Shown: positions 19,006 to 30,551, numbered from the stretch's first letter. The stretch: DNA of 64,000 nt from an uncultured Candidatus Peribacteria bacterium (GCA_964514565.1 CAZERA010000001.1:186001-250000); one strand, 5' to 3'. Numbers and translations are program-made. The notes: generated by a model from the sequence alone, not told the origin.

Positions 19006-21072
19006 TTAAGCCCCTGTTCGTTCTTTGATTACTAGGTCAGCAGCAGCCTGTGGAACCTTTTCATAAGCGAAAAACTCCATACTATAGGCAGCACGTCCCT
19101 GACTCATTGAACGAAGGTCAGTAGCATAACCAAACATATTTGCTAAAGGTACTTTAGCTCTAATCACCTTAGCAAGACCACGATCTTCCATTGACTCGAT
19201 CCGACCACGTTTAGAGTTGAGGTTGCCCATAATGTCACCCATAAACTCCTCAGGAGTAGTTACCTCTACATTCATGATTGGTTCTAGTAGACATGGACTA
19301 GCTTTCTTTGCCCCTTCTTTGAAAGCCATAGATCCGGCTACCTTGAAGGCGATTTCAGATGAATCCACATCATGGTATGATCCATCAAATACTGTCGCTT
19401 TAATATCTACCATTGGGTAACCAGCAAGTACACCGGTCTTCATAGTTTCTTTGATACCCTTGTCGATACCAGGGATAAATTCAAGAGGGATCAGGCCACC
19501 CTTGATATCGCTCTCGAAAGAGTAACCAACACCTGGCTCTACTGGCTCAAGCTTTAACCACACGTGACCATATTGACCACGTCCACCCGATTGTTTGACG
19601 TACTTACCTTCTTGTTCAACAGTCTTTTGAATAGTTTCGCGATAAGCAACTTGAGGTTTACCTACATTTGCTTCTACTTTGAATTCACGTTTCATACGAT
19701 CAACGATGATATCCAAATGCAATTCACCCATACCGGCAATCAAAGTCTGATTGGTTTCTTCGTTTGAAGTTACCTTGAATGTAGGATCTTCTTCAGCCAA
19801 GCGACTGAGAGCAATACCCATTTTATCTTGATCAGCTTTAGTCTTTGGCTCAATAGCGATTTGAATAACTGGTTCAGGGAAGGTGATTGATTCTAGCAAA
19901 ATTGGATGATCTGGATCACAAATAGTGTGACCTGTGACTGTATCTTTGAGACCGATAGCAGCAGCAATATCACCAGCATGTACTTCTTCGATTTCTTGTC
20001 GACTATTTGCATGCATCTGAACAATACGTCCGATACGTTCCTTTTTGCCTGTTGAAGCATTGAGGATATAGCTACCTGATTTGAGTGTGCCAGAATACAT
20101 ACGGAAGAACACGAGCTTACCAACGAAAGGGTCAGAAGCAATTTTGAAAGCAATCGCACAGAATGGATCGCCATCAACTGGCTTCACATCAACTGGTGCA
20201 TTTTTCTCATCAGTCGCTTGAATTGGAGGTAGGTCCAATGGAGAGGGGAGGTAATCAAGCACAGCATTGAGTACAAGTTGTACTCCTTTGTTTTGTAATG
20301 CTGTACCACATAGTACTGGATAGATCTTGCTTGCAATCGTAGCTTTACGTAAAGCAGCTTTGAGCTCTGCAGCAGTTGGTTGTTGTCCTTCTAAAAATTT
20401 GCCCATCAAATCGTCATCGTACTCTGATGCTTTTTCGATAAGCATGGCATGGTATTGATCAACTTCATCTTTGATATCGTCTGGAATTGGCATATCCACA
20501 ATAATCTCACCATGGGCACCATCAAAAGTATAAGCTTTCATCTCTACAAGATCGACCATGCCTTTGAATGCACCTTCTTTACCGATTGGGTATTGAATTG
20601 CTACAGCATCTGGACTCAAACGCTTGTGAATCGAATCCATAGTCATGAAGAAATCACCACCGGTTTTGTCCATTTTATTGACGAAAGCGATACGTGGCAC
20701 ATGGTATTTGTCAGCTTGGCGCCATACAGTTTCTGATTGAGGCTCTACACCTTGTGAACCATCAAATACTGCCACACCACCGTCAAGTACTCGCAGTGAG
20801 CGTTCTACTTCTACCGTAAAATCTACGTGACCAGGAGTATCGATTAAGTTGATACGAGTATCCTTCCAGCTACAAGTAGTAGCTGCAGAAGTGATAGTAA
20901 TACCACGCTCACGCTCTTGTTCCATCCAGTCCATAGTAGCTGCACCTTCATGCACCTCACCAATTTTGTAAGTCTTGCCAGTATAAAAAAGAATGCGTTC
21001 AGATACAGTGGTCTTACCGGCATCGATATGCGCGATAATACCGATATTACGTAGCTTCGTGAGGTCAGCCAT
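19006..21072 (-). CDS. fusA: elongation factor G
   Basis: [36 protein letters not shown]. Confidence 0.99.
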   Translation of the reverse strand: MADLTKLRNIGIIAHIDAGKTTVSERILFYTGKTYKIGEVHEGAATMDWMEQERERGITITSAATTCSWKDTRINLIDTPGHVDFTVEVERSLRVLDGGVAVFDGSQGVEPQSETVWRQADKYHVPRIAFVNKMDKTGGDFFMTMDSIHKRLSPDAVAIQYPIGKEGAFKGMVDLVEMKAYTFDGAHGEIIVDMPIPDDIKDEVDQYHAMLIEKASEYDDDLMGKFLEGQQPTAAELKAALRKATIASKIYPVLCGTALQNKGVQLVLNAVLDYLPSPLDLPPIQATDEKNAPVDVKPVDGDPFCAIAFKIASDPFVGKLVFFRMYSGTLKSGSYILNASTGKKERIGRIVQMHANSRQEIEEVHAGDIAAAIGLKDTVTGHTICDPDHPILLESITFPEPVIQIAIEPKTKADQDKMGIALSRLAEEDPTFKVTSNEETNQTLIAGMGELHLDIIVDRMKREFKVEANVGKPQVAYRETIQKTVEQEGKYVKQSGGRGQYGHVWLKLEPVEPGVGYSFESDIKGGLIPLEFIPGIDKGIKETMKTGVLAGYPMVDIKATVFDGSYHDVDSSEIAFKVAGSMAFKEGAKKASPCLLEPIMNVEVTTPEEFMGDIMGNLNSKRGRIESMEDRGLAKVIRAKVPLANMFGYATDLRSMSQGRAAYSMEFFAYEKVPQAAADLVIKERTGA

Positions 21073-21146
21073 AACTTGGGAAATAAATAATAAGTAATTG
21101 CAAATCAGAAATGCTTCATGCTCAAAAGAGCCTTAGAAGCGCCGGC

Positions 21147-21175
21147 ATTCTAAAAGAAAAGTGGCCATTACGCAA
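21147..21175 (-). promoter_or_regulatory. putative promoter for fusA
   Basis: Minus strand TTGCGT-17 nt-TAGAAT. Confidence 0.6.
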
Positions 21176-21180
21176 TCCTA

Positions 21181-21217
21181 AATTAATTAACAATTTAGGA
21201 TTTACGATTAACAGTTT
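21181..21217. repeat. 7-mer-based dispersed repeat, copy 1 (33/37 identical to 45471-45507)
   Basis: aattaattaacaatttaggatttacgattaacagttt. Confidence 0.75.
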
Positions 21218-21830
21218 TAAGGGTATGCTCTTTGTTATGGGGCTTTTTTTGATCGGTTTTTTTAGGTTTTGTTTTTCGTTCTCTTTGTAAGTAGTCACCA
21301 ATATCAATGTAATGTCCTACTGTTTTTAATTCTTCGGCCACGAAACCGTGTCTTGAGAGGACGACTACATTTTTACCGTGTTCTTCTAAGTATTTCAGCA
21401 ATGCGTAAAAATCACTGTCTCCAGAAAAAAGTACGAACGTATCATATTGAGACATCAATCTGATTGCATCGAGTACTAATTCCACATCCATATTGCCTTT
21501 GTAAAATCCTTCTTCTTTTACTGGATCATCAGAACGCTTTGTTGTTCCCTTAGCGTTTGGAGCGCTGATAAACTTAAGTGGTTTTTTCTTTACGGTAATG
21601 CCTGCCGAAGTTAGTTCATCAAAATAATCTAATTGTTTCTGATAATCTTCTTGAAAAGCAGAGTAAAAAGAACATTTTGCTTGAGCATCAAAACTACGGA
21701 AGAATTGTAGTACTTTGGAATAATCGATACTGACACGTAAGCGTTTGTTGATAAAGAAAACATTACTGGCATCAATGAAGATGCTAATACGACCAGTGAG
21801 AATGTTTTGGAGCTCGGGGTGGGAAAGCAT
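21195..21830 (-). CDS. NYN domain (LabA/DUF88, PIN-like) putative ribonuclease; start probably MLSHPE at 21830 (ORF open to 21923)
   Basis: IFIDASN, KGNMDVELVLD, LFSGDSDF..L...L...GK.V motifs. Confidence 0.9.
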   Translation of the reverse strand: MLSHPELQNILTGRISIFIDASNVFFINKRLRVSIDYSKVLQFFRSFDAQAKCSFYSAFQEDYQKQLDYFDELTSAGITVKKKPLKFISAPNAKGTTKRSDDPVKEEGFYKGNMDVELVLDAIRLMSQYDTFVLFSGDSDFYALLKYLEEHGKNVVVLSRHGFVAEELKTVGHYIDIGDYLQRERKTKPKKTDQKKPHNKEHTLKTVNRKS

Positions 21831-21839
21831 GGGGGGGGA

Positions 21840-21872
21840 TTGAAAGTTGAGAGTTGAAAATGGAAAGTTGAA
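21840..21872. repeat. degenerate 7-mer tandem repeat (TTGARAG-like)
   Basis: ttgaaag ttgagag ttgaaaa tggaaag ttgaa. Confidence 0.7.
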
Positions 21873-21953
21873 TCCAGTTTCTGTTTCATAGAGCACTGTA
21901 CACTTTGTACTGGTACTTTGCATATCAGACTAAAACTCTCAACTTCTGAGTAA

Positions 21954-21987
21954 AAATCTCTGATCTCTGCTCTCGTATCTCTGATTT
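21954..21987. repeat. degenerate 7-mer tandem repeat (TCTCTGA-like)
   Basis: tctctga tctctgc tctcgta tctctga. Confidence 0.65.
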
Positions 21988-22028
21988 AAAAAAGCACCCA
22001 ATCTATCATTGATAGTCAGGTGCTTTTT
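21988..22028. terminator. intrinsic terminator after rpsG
   Basis: aaaaaagcacc...ctatcattgatag...ggtgcttttt. Confidence 0.8.
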
Positions 22029-22055
22029 GTTCCTTTGTAGACAAAGGAAGTAGAA

Positions 22056-22487
22056 TTACATGTATTTTGCAAAGTGGGCGAAAGCTTTGTTTGCGTCAGC
22101 CATACGATGGGTATCTTCTTTTTTCTTGATAGCACCACCTTGGTTGTTGCAGGCATCGAGTAATTCAGCTGCTAAGCGTTCAGCCATATTTTGGCCACTA
22201 CGTTCACGTGCTGCACCGATGATCCAACGTAAAGCCAATGTTTGACGGCGATTTGGTTTTACTTCAACTGGGATTTGGTAGTTTGAGCCACCAATACGTT
22301 TAGCTTTTACTTCGATAATTGGAGCTACGTTTTCGAAGGCGAGAGCAAAAGTTTCTTCAGCATTTTTCTTGCTAGCACGAATCTTTTCAAAAGCTTGAGA
22401 AACAATCTCGATAGCAATTGATTTCTTGCCGCGAGTCATGATCATGTTGATCAATTTTTCATTGAGAGTAAGAGAGCGTTTTTTCAT
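22056..22487 (-). CDS. rpsG: 30S ribosomal protein S7 (short N-terminus)
   Basis: KLIN.IM..GKKS.A, EVK..RIGGSNYQIP.EV, HRMA.ANKAFAH. Confidence 0.98.
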   Translation of the reverse strand: MKKRSLTLNEKLINMIMTRGKKSIAIEIVSQAFEKIRASKKNAEETFALAFENVAPIIEVKAKRIGGSNYQIPVEVKPNRRQTLALRWIIGAARERSGQNMAERLAAELLDACNNQGGAIKKKEDTHRMADANKAFAHFAKYM

Positions 22488-22493
22488 ACACTA

Positions 22494-22913
22494 TTATTTT
22501 TTAGGTCGTTTGTTGCCATATTTACTGCGGCCCTGGCGGCGAGCATCTACACCTGCAGTATCGAGACTACCACGCACGATGTGATAACGTACACCTGGTA
22601 AGTCTTTTACACGACCACCACGGATCATTACTACTGAGTGCTCTTGGAGATTGTGACCTTCACCTGGAATATATGCTGTCACCTCTAGTCCATTGCTCAA
22701 TTTAACACGGGCAATTTTACGGATAGCTGAGTTTGGCTTCTTTGGAGTCATAGTGGTCACCTTTGTGCATACACCACGTTTCTGAGGAGCTCCACGTTTG
22801 AGACCGACGTCTTTCTTCTTTAATACATTGCGAGCAAATTGGAGTGCTGGTGATTTAGATTTAGCCCATATTTTTTGTCTGGGCTTTCTAATGAGTTGAT
22901 TGATTGTTGGCAT
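22494..22913 (-). CDS. rpsL: 30S ribosomal protein S12 (start at MPTINQL)
   Basis: [26 protein letters not shown]. Confidence 0.99.
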   Translation of the reverse strand: MPTINQLIRKPRQKIWAKSKSPALQFARNVLKKKDVGLKRGAPQKRGVCTKVTTMTPKKPNSAIRKIARVKLSNGLEVTAYIPGEGHNLQEHSVVMIRGGRVKDLPGVRYHIVRGSLDTAGVDARRQGRSKYGNKRPKK

Positions 22914-22968
22914 AATATTTCTAAGCTGAGGTAAATTAACGAAAGGTATAGATTCAGTCAAGCAAAAG

Positions 22969-25900
22969 TTACACCATGGCGGTGATTTCTTCTTCGGTAA
23001 GCGTTTCTTGCTCGATTGGTTTGCCAGTAGCTTCGTTTTGGAAGATACGGCCTGCTTTGATCAGACGTCCGATGATTACGTTCTCCTTGAGGCCACGGAG
23101 ATTGTCGATCTTTTTGGTGACAGAGGCTTCCACTAAGACACGGATTGTCTCTTGGAATGAAGCAGCTGAAAGCCAACTCTCTGTAGTAAGTGATGTGCGA
23201 GTAAGACCCAATAGTAAACGTTCAAAGCGAGCTGGTTTTTTGCCTTCTGCTTCCAATGTCTTATTGATATCTTCCATCTTGAGGAAACTAATTGTCTGAC
23301 CAGGTAAGTAGGTGGAATCTCCACTATCGAGAATACGCGCCTTGGAGAACATCTGACGCACGATGATTTCTACGTGCTTATCATTGAGGGTCTGACCTTG
23401 TGATGCGTAGATAGTTTGTACTTCATTGATGATGTACTTCTGTGCAGTCAAGATATCAGTCAAATTGATCAGATCGATCAGGTTCAAATGTCCCTCAGTA
23501 ATAGTAGCACCAGCATTTACTGTACTGCCTGCTGTTACTTTGATTGTCTCGCGAGAAGGAATGTTGTATTCGCGTTTGACCAATTCAGTATGAATGACCA
23601 AAATCTTGTTTCCCTCTAGTTTGATCTTGCCGCGGTTGATCACACGAATTACTTCTTGATTCTTGTGATTTTTAGCGATGATTTCGCGAGGGCCAACAAT
23701 CATGCCATCTTTGACCAGGATTGTATAACCTTCAGCCTCATATTCATCTTGGCCCATCTTATCAGCTGTGACTGTGATTACGTGTTGATTGGTATGTTGT
23801 TCGATACTGACAGTACCGCCAATTTCAGCCAATACTGCTTGAGTCTTTGGTGCACGAGCTTCAAATAATTCTTCAACACGAGGAAGACCTTGTGTAATAT
23901 CTTTGACATCGGCCACACCACCGGAGTGGAATGTCCGCATAGTAAGCTGAGTAGCTGGCTCACCGATACTCTGAGCGGCGATGATACCAACAGCTGCTCC
24001 TAAGTCTACAGTACGGTTGTAAGCAAGATCACGTCCATAACAACGACGACAAACACCTTCGATTGTTCTACAAGTGATTACTGAGCGAACCAATACTTCT
24101 TTGATGTCAGTCTTTTCAATTACTTTGACTAAGTCTGAGTCAATTTCTGTACCCGCTTCAGCAATGATTTCACCAGATTTAGCATTTACTAAATCTCTAG
24201 CTAGAGTTCTACCGAAGATACGGTTGTTGAATTTCTCGCCAGTGGCTTTGCATTCAGCAACATTGATTGGATTGTAGTCAGTACTTTCACACTCATCTTC
24301 ACGGATAACAATATCTTGTACAGCATCAACCAAACGGCGAGTAAGATAACCAGCATTAGCAGTTTTGAGCGCTGTATCTGATTTACCTTTACGTCCTCCA
24401 TGGGTAGCGATGAAGTATTCAAGCACTTGGAAACCTTCAATAAAGTTTGATTTGATTGGCAACTCGATAGTCTTACCGGCAGGGTTGGCAACCAAACCTT
24501 TCATACCAGCGATCTGAGCAATCTGAGCCCAAGAACCGCGGGCTCCTGAATCGACAATAGTATAGAGAGTGCTGTTTTTATCAGCAGTATCAGTAATAAT
24601 CTTAGAAATTTCACCTTTGGCAGTATTCCAGATCTTCAAGATATTGTTGTATCTCTCATCATTGGTGACTAAACCTTTGCGGTATTTACGTCCTACTTCA
24701 GTTACTTTTTCAGTAGCTGTGTCTAGAATTGAATACTTGATTTGAGGAATTGGGAAATCATGAATTGCCAATGAAATACCTGACTTAGTAGCAAATTTGA
24801 AACCGACGCGTTTGATCTCATCAGCTAAAATTGCTGTTTGTTCAGGACCACATTTCTCATAACATTCGCTTACCAAGGTGGATAGCTCTTTCTTGTTCAT
24901 AGTCTTGTTCTGGAAGCCTAAGCCTTCTGGTAAGAAGCTATTGAAAATCAAGCGGCCTACTGTGGTATCAATAATGACACCCTCGTGGCGAGCTTTGATC
25001 TTATCTTGTAAACCAATATAACCTAGACGATATGCAGTGATGGCTTCATGGATATTTACAAATACCATCTTGCTATCTTTTGCTCCGTCTTTGGTCAAAT
25101 GATAACAACCAAGCACCATATCCTGTGAAGGAGTGATTACTGGTTGACCATCGGATGGTTTCAATAAGTTCTGAGCTGAAAGCATAATGGTATGAGCTTC
25201 CTCTTGTGCTTGCGCAGAGAGAGGTAAGTGCACAGCCATCTGATCTCCATCAAAGTCGGCATTGAAAGCTGAACAAACCAATGGATGTACTTGAATAGCT
25301 TTACCTTCAATCAATACTGGTTGGAAAGCTTGGATACCCAGGCGATGAAGTGTTGGAGCACGATTGAGCAATACGTAGTGATCTTTGGTAATTTCTTCCA
25401 AAGCATCCCACACCTCAGAGCGTTCCCACTCGATTAGTTTTTCTGCATTCTTGATATTGTGGGCTTGGCCCTTGGTAATCAATCTACCGATAATAAATGG
25501 TTTGAATAATTCTAGGGCCATTTTCTTTGGTAGACCACATTGATGTAATTTCAATTTTGGACCTACTACAATTACAGAACGACCAGAGTAATCTACACGT
25601 TTACCAAGCAAATTCTGACGGAAACGACCTTGTTTACCTTTGAGCATGTCAGAAAGACTCTTGAGTTGGAGTCGGGCAGAGCCAGTTTTGGTCACTGCAC
25701 GTCCAGCACGAGCAGAGTTGTTGATAAGAGCATCTACTGCTTCTTGCAACATACGTTTCTCATTGCGACAAATTACTTCTGGTGCACCGATCTCAAGGAG
25801 ACGGCGAAGACGGTTGTTGCGGTTGATAATACGGCGGTATAGATCATTGAGATCAGAAGCAGCATAACGACCACCATCTAATGGTACCATTGGACGTAGG

Positions 25901-26841
25901 TCTGGTGGGATGACTGGTAAAATAGTCATGACCATCCATTCAGGCTTGATGTTGGCTTTGATCATATTGCCGACTAGCATCAAACGTTTGCTGATCTTTT
26001 TACGTTTTTGACCTTGTGCAGTCTTGAGTTCTTCGAGTAATTGTTTCAAAAGAGCAACGAGATCGATATTTTGGATTACATCACGAATTGCTTGAGCACC
26101 AATACCAGCACGGAATACATGACCAAACTTCATTGAAAGGTCACGATACTTGAGCTCAGATACAACACTGTATTTCTCAATACATTTGAGATCTTCTTTT
26201 GCGTTTTCGAAGTTTTCAGTCAGTACTTTGAGTTCTTCTGCTTGTGCTTCTTGTACAGCATGAAGAGCTTTCTGATCACCTTTGTTTACACGCAATTCAT
26301 TGGATTGTTGTTCGTAGGTCTCTTGAATACGTTTAGCGCGATTTTTGAAATCATGTTCTAGTTCTTTGACTGCTGAGTTCTTTGCCTCTTCATTGACGTC
26401 CTCGATAATATAACTTGCAAAGTAAACTACTTGCTCGAGGGTCTTGATAGACAAATTGAGTAACAAGCCGACACGTGAAGGAGTAGAGCGGAGGAACCAA
26501 ATATGAGTAACAGGTACTGCTAATTTGATATGTCCCATACGTTCACGGCGCACAGATGAACGGGTCACCTCTACCTGACATTTGTCACAAATAATATTTT
26601 TGTAGCGAATCTTCTTGTACTTACCACAATAACATTCCCAGTTTTTGGTAGGTCCAAAGATTTTTTCACAGAATAGTCCATCGCGCTCAGGTTTCTGGGT
26701 GCGGTAATTGATGGTTTCAGGCTTCACTACCTCCCCATATGACCAAGCAAGAACTTGGTCAGGAGATGCTACTGCCACGGATACCGCATCGAAATCATGA
26801 GGGATATAACTCTTCTCAGGTCGATTGAAAGTTTGTGTCAT
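22969..26841 (-). CDS. rpoC: RNA polymerase beta' subunit
   Basis: NADFDGDQM catalytic motif, [33 protein letters not shown]. Confidence 0.99.
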   Translation of the reverse strand: MTQTFNRPEKSYIPHDFDAVSVAVASPDQVLAWSYGEVVKPETINYRTQKPERDGLFCEKIFGPTKNWECYCGKYKKIRYKNIICDKCQVEVTRSSVRRERMGHIKLAVPVTHIWFLRSTPSRVGLLLNLSIKTLEQVVYFASYIIEDVNEEAKNSAVKELEHDFKNRAKRIQETYEQQSNELRVNKGDQKALHAVQEAQAEELKVLTENFENAKEDLKCIEKYSVVSELKYRDLSMKFGHVFRAGIGAQAIRDVIQNIDLVALLKQLLEELKTAQGQKRKKISKRLMLVGNMIKANIKPEWMVMTILPVIPPDLRPMVPLDGGRYAASDLNDLYRRIINRNNRLRRLLEIGAPEVICRNEKRMLQEAVDALINNSARAGRAVTKTGSARLQLKSLSDMLKGKQGRFRQNLLGKRVDYSGRSVIVVGPKLKLHQCGLPKKMALELFKPFIIGRLITKGQAHNIKNAEKLIEWERSEVWDALEEITKDHYVLLNRAPTLHRLGIQAFQPVLIEGKAIQVHPLVCSAFNADFDGDQMAVHLPLSAQAQEEAHTIMLSAQNLLKPSDGQPVITPSQDMVLGCYHLTKDGAKDSKMVFVNIHEAITAYRLGYIGLQDKIKARHEGVIIDTTVGRLIFNSFLPEGLGFQNKTMNKKELSTLVSECYEKCGPEQTAILADEIKRVGFKFATKSGISLAIHDFPIPQIKYSILDTATEKVTEVGRKYRKGLVTNDERYNNILKIWNTAKGEISKIITDTADKNSTLYTIVDSGARGSWAQIAQIAGMKGLVANPAGKTIELPIKSNFIEGFQVLEYFIATHGGRKGKSDTALKTANAGYLTRRLVDAVQDIVIREDECESTDYNPINVAECKATGEKFNNRIFGRTLARDLVNAKSGEIIAEAGTEIDSDLVKVIEKTDIKEVLVRSVITCRTIEGVCRRCYGRDLAYNRTVDLGAAVGIIAAQSIGEPATQLTMRTFHSGGVADVKDITQGLPRVEELFEARAPKTQAVLAEIGGTVSIEQHTNQHVITVTADKMGQDEYEAEGYTILVKDGMIVGPREIIAKNHKNQEVIRVINRGKIKLEGNKILVIHTELVKREYNIPSRETIKVTAGSTVNAGATITEGHLNLIDLINLTDILTAQKYIINEVQTIYASQGQTLNDKHVEIIVRQMFSKARILDSGDSTYLPGQTISFLKMEDINKTLEAEGKKPARFERLLLGLTRTSLTTESWLSAASFQETIRVLVEASVTKKIDNLRGLKENVIIGRLIKAGRIFQNEATGKPIEQETLTEEEITAMV

Positions 26842-26867
26842 AAGCTATAAAGCTAAAGTGTAAATAT

Positions 26868-29800
26868 TTAAGACTGTGAAGGTGTATCTACATTTGCTGT
26901 AGGTACTGCTGCGGGTTCTTCACTTGGAGCTTCTACAGCATGGATATTGAGTCCAGTAGCTGCTTTTGTGCCAGATAAAAAGGCTTCGACATTGCCTGTG
27001 AGAAGAGCATTGAGATTGAAATCTTCATTGGGAACTTGTCCTTTGGGATAGAGTTCGACATGGAGACCAAGACTTTGCAATTCACGTACTAATACATTGA
27101 ATGATTCAGGTGTGCGAGGTTTCTTGATTGGCTCTGATTTGACGATTGCTTCGTATGCTTTTGATCTACCCAGTACATCATCAGACTTGATTGTAAGCAT
27201 TTCTTGTAATGTATACGCAGCACCATAAGCTTCGAGCGCCCACACTTCCATTTCTCCGAATCTCTGTCCACCATGCTGAGCTTTACCTCCCAATGGTTGT
27301 TGGGTGACAAGAGAGTATGGTCCGATTGAACGAGCATGAATCTTATCATCAACTAAATGAGATAGTTTCATGATGTAAGTGATACCTACTAGGGTATGAT
27401 TATCAAATGGTTCACCGGTATTACCATCATAGAGCTGTACTTTTCCTTGTTCTGAGATGCCTGCTTCTTTCTGTAGTCCTCTGATAGTGGTCTGAGTAAT
27501 ACCATCGAGAGCTGGAGTCGCTACCTTGTATCCCAAGATTTGCGCTGCTCTACCTAGCTCGGCTTCTAGAATCTGACCGATGTTCATACGACTGACTACA
27601 CCGAGTGGATTGAGTACTACATCCACTGGAGTACCGTCTTTGAGATAAGGCATATCTTCTACTTTGACGATACGAGAGATAACACCTTTGTTTCCATGAC
27701 GACCTGCTAGTTTGTCACCAGCTTGTAAACGTTTGATTTGAGCGACACTCACGATTACTTGGCGGATTACACCAGTAGGTAACTCATCGCCTTTGTCACG
27801 AGAGAAAATCTTGATACCGACAACCTTGCCTTGACTACCTCCTGGCATACGCAAGCTGCTGTCTTTTGATTCACGAGCCTTCTCGCCGAAAATGGCGCGA
27901 AGGAGGCGTTCTTCAGCAGTCAACTCAGTCTCACCTTTTGGAGTCAATTTACCGACCAAAATATCACCTTCTTTTACTTGAGCACCGATACGGATACTAC
28001 CGTCTTCATCAAGATCTTTGAGTTTGTCTTCACCAATATTTGGAATATCACGAGTGATTTCTTCAGGTCCGAGTTTTGTATCACGTACATCGATTGGGTA
28101 ATCTTCAATGTGAATAGAAGAATAACAATCACGACGAATAATGTTCTCAGAGATCAAAATAGCATCCTCGAAGTTTCCTCCTTGCCATGGCATATAAGCC
28201 ACTAATAAGTTTCGACCAAGTGCTAATTCACCCATTTCAGTAGCGGCACCATCAGCAATTACTTCGTCTTTTACTACTTTTTGATTCTTCTCAACGATTG
28301 GACGTTGATGAATACAAGTACCTTGATTTGAACGAGTAAAGTTGTGCAGTTCATAATTCACCTTTTTACCAGAGTTGGTAATCATAGTGATTTGTGCTGC
28401 ATCAACATAAGACACAGTACCTGCTTCTTCTGCGACCACTACTTGGCGAGAATTGACTGCTGCAACACCTTCCATACCAGTACCAACGATAGGAGACTCT
28501 GGATTGATCAAAGATACTGCTTGACGTTGCATGTTTGAACCCATCAAGGCACGTGCACCTTCATCATGTTCTACGAATGGAATGAGTGAAGTAGATACAG
28601 ATACTACTTGTTTTGGTGAGATATCGATATGAGTAAGCTCTTTGATATGATAGAGCGCTGTATCTTCATCTTTACGAGCTGAGATACGGTTTTCTAGGAA
28701 TTCACCTACATCATTTACAGGAGTAGTAGCTTGGGCAATGACGAAGTTTGTTTCTTCATCAGCGTCATAATAATGTACTTCGTCAGTCACGAATGGACGA
28801 ACTGGTACTTCTTTGAGGTCTTTCATTTTTTTGAGCAGCTCTAGCTCTTTTTTGCCGATGACAGTACGATCTTCGATCAATACTTTGCCTGATTTATCTT
28901 TGATCTCTTCACCAATACTATGGCCTACTAATTTCTCACTGCCATTGGTAATAGTCTGAGAGATTGTACGATAAGGAGTCTCGATAAAGCCATGCTCATT
29001 GAGCTTGGTATAGGTAGCGAGTTGCAATACCAAACCGATATTTGGTCCTTCAGGAGTGGCAATAGGACAGATACGACCGTAATGAGTGCGATGCAAATCA
29101 CGAACATCAAATGAAGCACGTTCACGAGTAAGACCACCAGGACCAGTAGCTGAGAGACGGCGTTTGTGCTCGAGCTCAGAGAGAGGATTGGTTTGATCCA
29201 TGAATTGTGAAAGCTGAGAACTAGCGTAAAATTCTCGCATTGCAGCAATGATAGGACGAGAATTGACTAGCTGAGTAGGTACTACAGTTTCTAGATCAAG
29301 CACAGTCATACGATCTTTACAGATACGTTCCGTACGAAGTAAACCAACTCGGAATTTGTTTTGCGCTAATTCGCCAACTGGACGAATACGACGATTGCCT
29401 AAGTGATCGATGTCATCTTCTTCTGCATCAGGAGTATTGTTCAAACGAATAATCTCTTTGATGATCATCACTAGATCATTGAGTTGGAAAACACGATGTT
29501 CGCGTTCGATAGGAGTATCTAGACCGAGTCTTTTGTTGATCTTATAACGTCCCACTCTACCAATATCATAATGACGGTAGTCAAAGAACATAGTTTCGAG
29601 CAATGATTTAGCATTTTCAGAAGTAGCTAGATCACCTGGACGAATACGCTTGTAAACAGCTTGTAAACCCTCATCTTCATCACTTGTAGGATCGCGCTCG
29701 AGTGTTGCTAGAATATAGTCAGTCTCGCCTGATTGGACGTCTTTGAATAAGTCGATGATGTCTTTGTCTTTGCCATAACCCAAGGCACGCAAGAAAGCAG

Positions 29801-30350
29801 TAATTGGCACCTTGCGTTTGCGATCTACTTTGACAGTAATCACACCACGTTTGCCTGTTTCAATTTCGAGCCATGCTCCACGGTTTGGAATAATCTTGGC
29901 ACCAAACAGTCCAGTAGTGTCGTCTTTGGTGAAAATTACACCAGGTGAACGTACAATCTGGCTGATTACTACTCTCTCCACACCATTGATAATGAATGTA
30001 GCACGAGGAGTCATCATAGGCAGATTGCCCAAAAATACTTCTTGTTCTTTAACTTCACCAGTTACTTTGTTGATCAATTGTACTTGGCAGCGTAAAGGAG
30101 CTTCGTACGTAATATTTTTCTCTTTTGAAGTTTTCTCATCATATTTAGGTTTGTCTAAAGTATGATTAAGAAAATGGAGTTCTAGATTTTTGCCTGTGAA
30201 ATCTTGGATTGGACTGATTTCATCTAATAATTCAGATATGCCTGCATCCAAAAACCAAGCATAAGAATTGAGCTGCACCTCAATCAAGTTTGGCAATGGC
30301 AAAATATCGCTTTTTTGATTGAAATACCTGCGGGGAGTAGTCTTTACCAT
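26868..30350 (-). CDS. rpoB: RNA polymerase beta subunit (start placed at MVKTTPRR; ORF open to 30401)
   Basis: SQLSQFMDQ.NPL, GDKLAGRHGNKG, GGQRFGEMEVWAL. Confidence 0.99.
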   Translation of the reverse strand: MVKTTPRRYFNQKSDILPLPNLIEVQLNSYAWFLDAGISELLDEISPIQDFTGKNLELHFLNHTLDKPKYDEKTSKEKNITYEAPLRCQVQLINKVTGEVKEQEVFLGNLPMMTPRATFIINGVERVVISQIVRSPGVIFTKDDTTGLFGAKIIPNRGAWLEIETGKRGVITVKVDRKRKVPITAFLRALGYGKDKDIIDLFKDVQSGETDYILATLERDPTSDEDEGLQAVYKRIRPGDLATSENAKSLLETMFFDYRHYDIGRVGRYKINKRLGLDTPIEREHRVFQLNDLVMIIKEIIRLNNTPDAEEDDIDHLGNRRIRPVGELAQNKFRVGLLRTERICKDRMTVLDLETVVPTQLVNSRPIIAAMREFYASSQLSQFMDQTNPLSELEHKRRLSATGPGGLTRERASFDVRDLHRTHYGRICPIATPEGPNIGLVLQLATYTKLNEHGFIETPYRTISQTITNGSEKLVGHSIGEEIKDKSGKVLIEDRTVIGKKELELLKKMKDLKEVPVRPFVTDEVHYYDADEETNFVIAQATTPVNDVGEFLENRISARKDEDTALYHIKELTHIDISPKQVVSVSTSLIPFVEHDEGARALMGSNMQRQAVSLINPESPIVGTGMEGVAAVNSRQVVVAEEAGTVSYVDAAQITMITNSGKKVNYELHNFTRSNQGTCIHQRPIVEKNQKVVKDEVIADGAATEMGELALGRNLLVAYMPWQGGNFEDAILISENIIRRDCYSSIHIEDYPIDVRDTKLGPEEITRDIPNIGEDKLKDLDEDGSIRIGAQVKEGDILVGKLTPKGETELTAEERLLRAIFGEKARESKDSSLRMPGGSQGKVVGIKIFSRDKGDELPTGVIRQVIVSVAQIKRLQAGDKLAGRHGNKGVISRIVKVEDMPYLKDGTPVDVVLNPLGVVSRMNIGQILEAELGRAAQILGYKVATPALDGITQTTIRGLQKEAGISEQGKVQLYDGNTGEPFDNHTLVGITYIMKLSHLVDDKIHARSIGPYSLVTQQPLGGKAQHGGQRFGEMEVWALEAYGAAYTLQEMLTIKSDDVLGRSKAYEAIVKSEPIKKPRTPESFNVLVRELQSLGLHVELYPKGQVPNEDFNLNALLTGNVEAFLSGTKAATGLNIHAVEAPSEEPAAVPTANVDTPSQS

Positions 30351-30452
30351 AAAAGGTGGTAAGTAGTTCTTAGAAATGTATTTCTGATTGATGCCAATCA
30401 TATCTCTGGGTTTTGGCCACAGACGACCGTCGGCTCGGGAGCTTATGAGATG

Positions 30453-30481
30453 AATATAGTGACGGCAATCTATTCTGTCAA
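30453..30481 (-). promoter_or_regulatory. sigma70 promoter of rpoBC-rpsLG
   Basis: Minus strand TTGACA-17 nt-TATATT. Confidence 0.75.
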
Positions 30482-30551
30482 CAAAATTTGCCCCTGATAG
30501 TGACTATAAAGGGTAAATGTTTGGTACAATGATAGGAAAACACAAATACAT

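Noticed and set aside
22914..22961. N-terminal extensions on rpsL (and likewise rpoB, map, adk, rplF) in the ORF track
   Set aside because: Conserved N-termini begin at downstream ATGs; for map and adk the extra stretch also overlaps promoter-like sequence
247..30165. Many plus-strand and alternate-frame ORFs overlapping ribosomal/RNAP genes (e.g. 13796-14275, 18077-18499)
   Set aside because: Antisense shadows of conserved genes with no motifs
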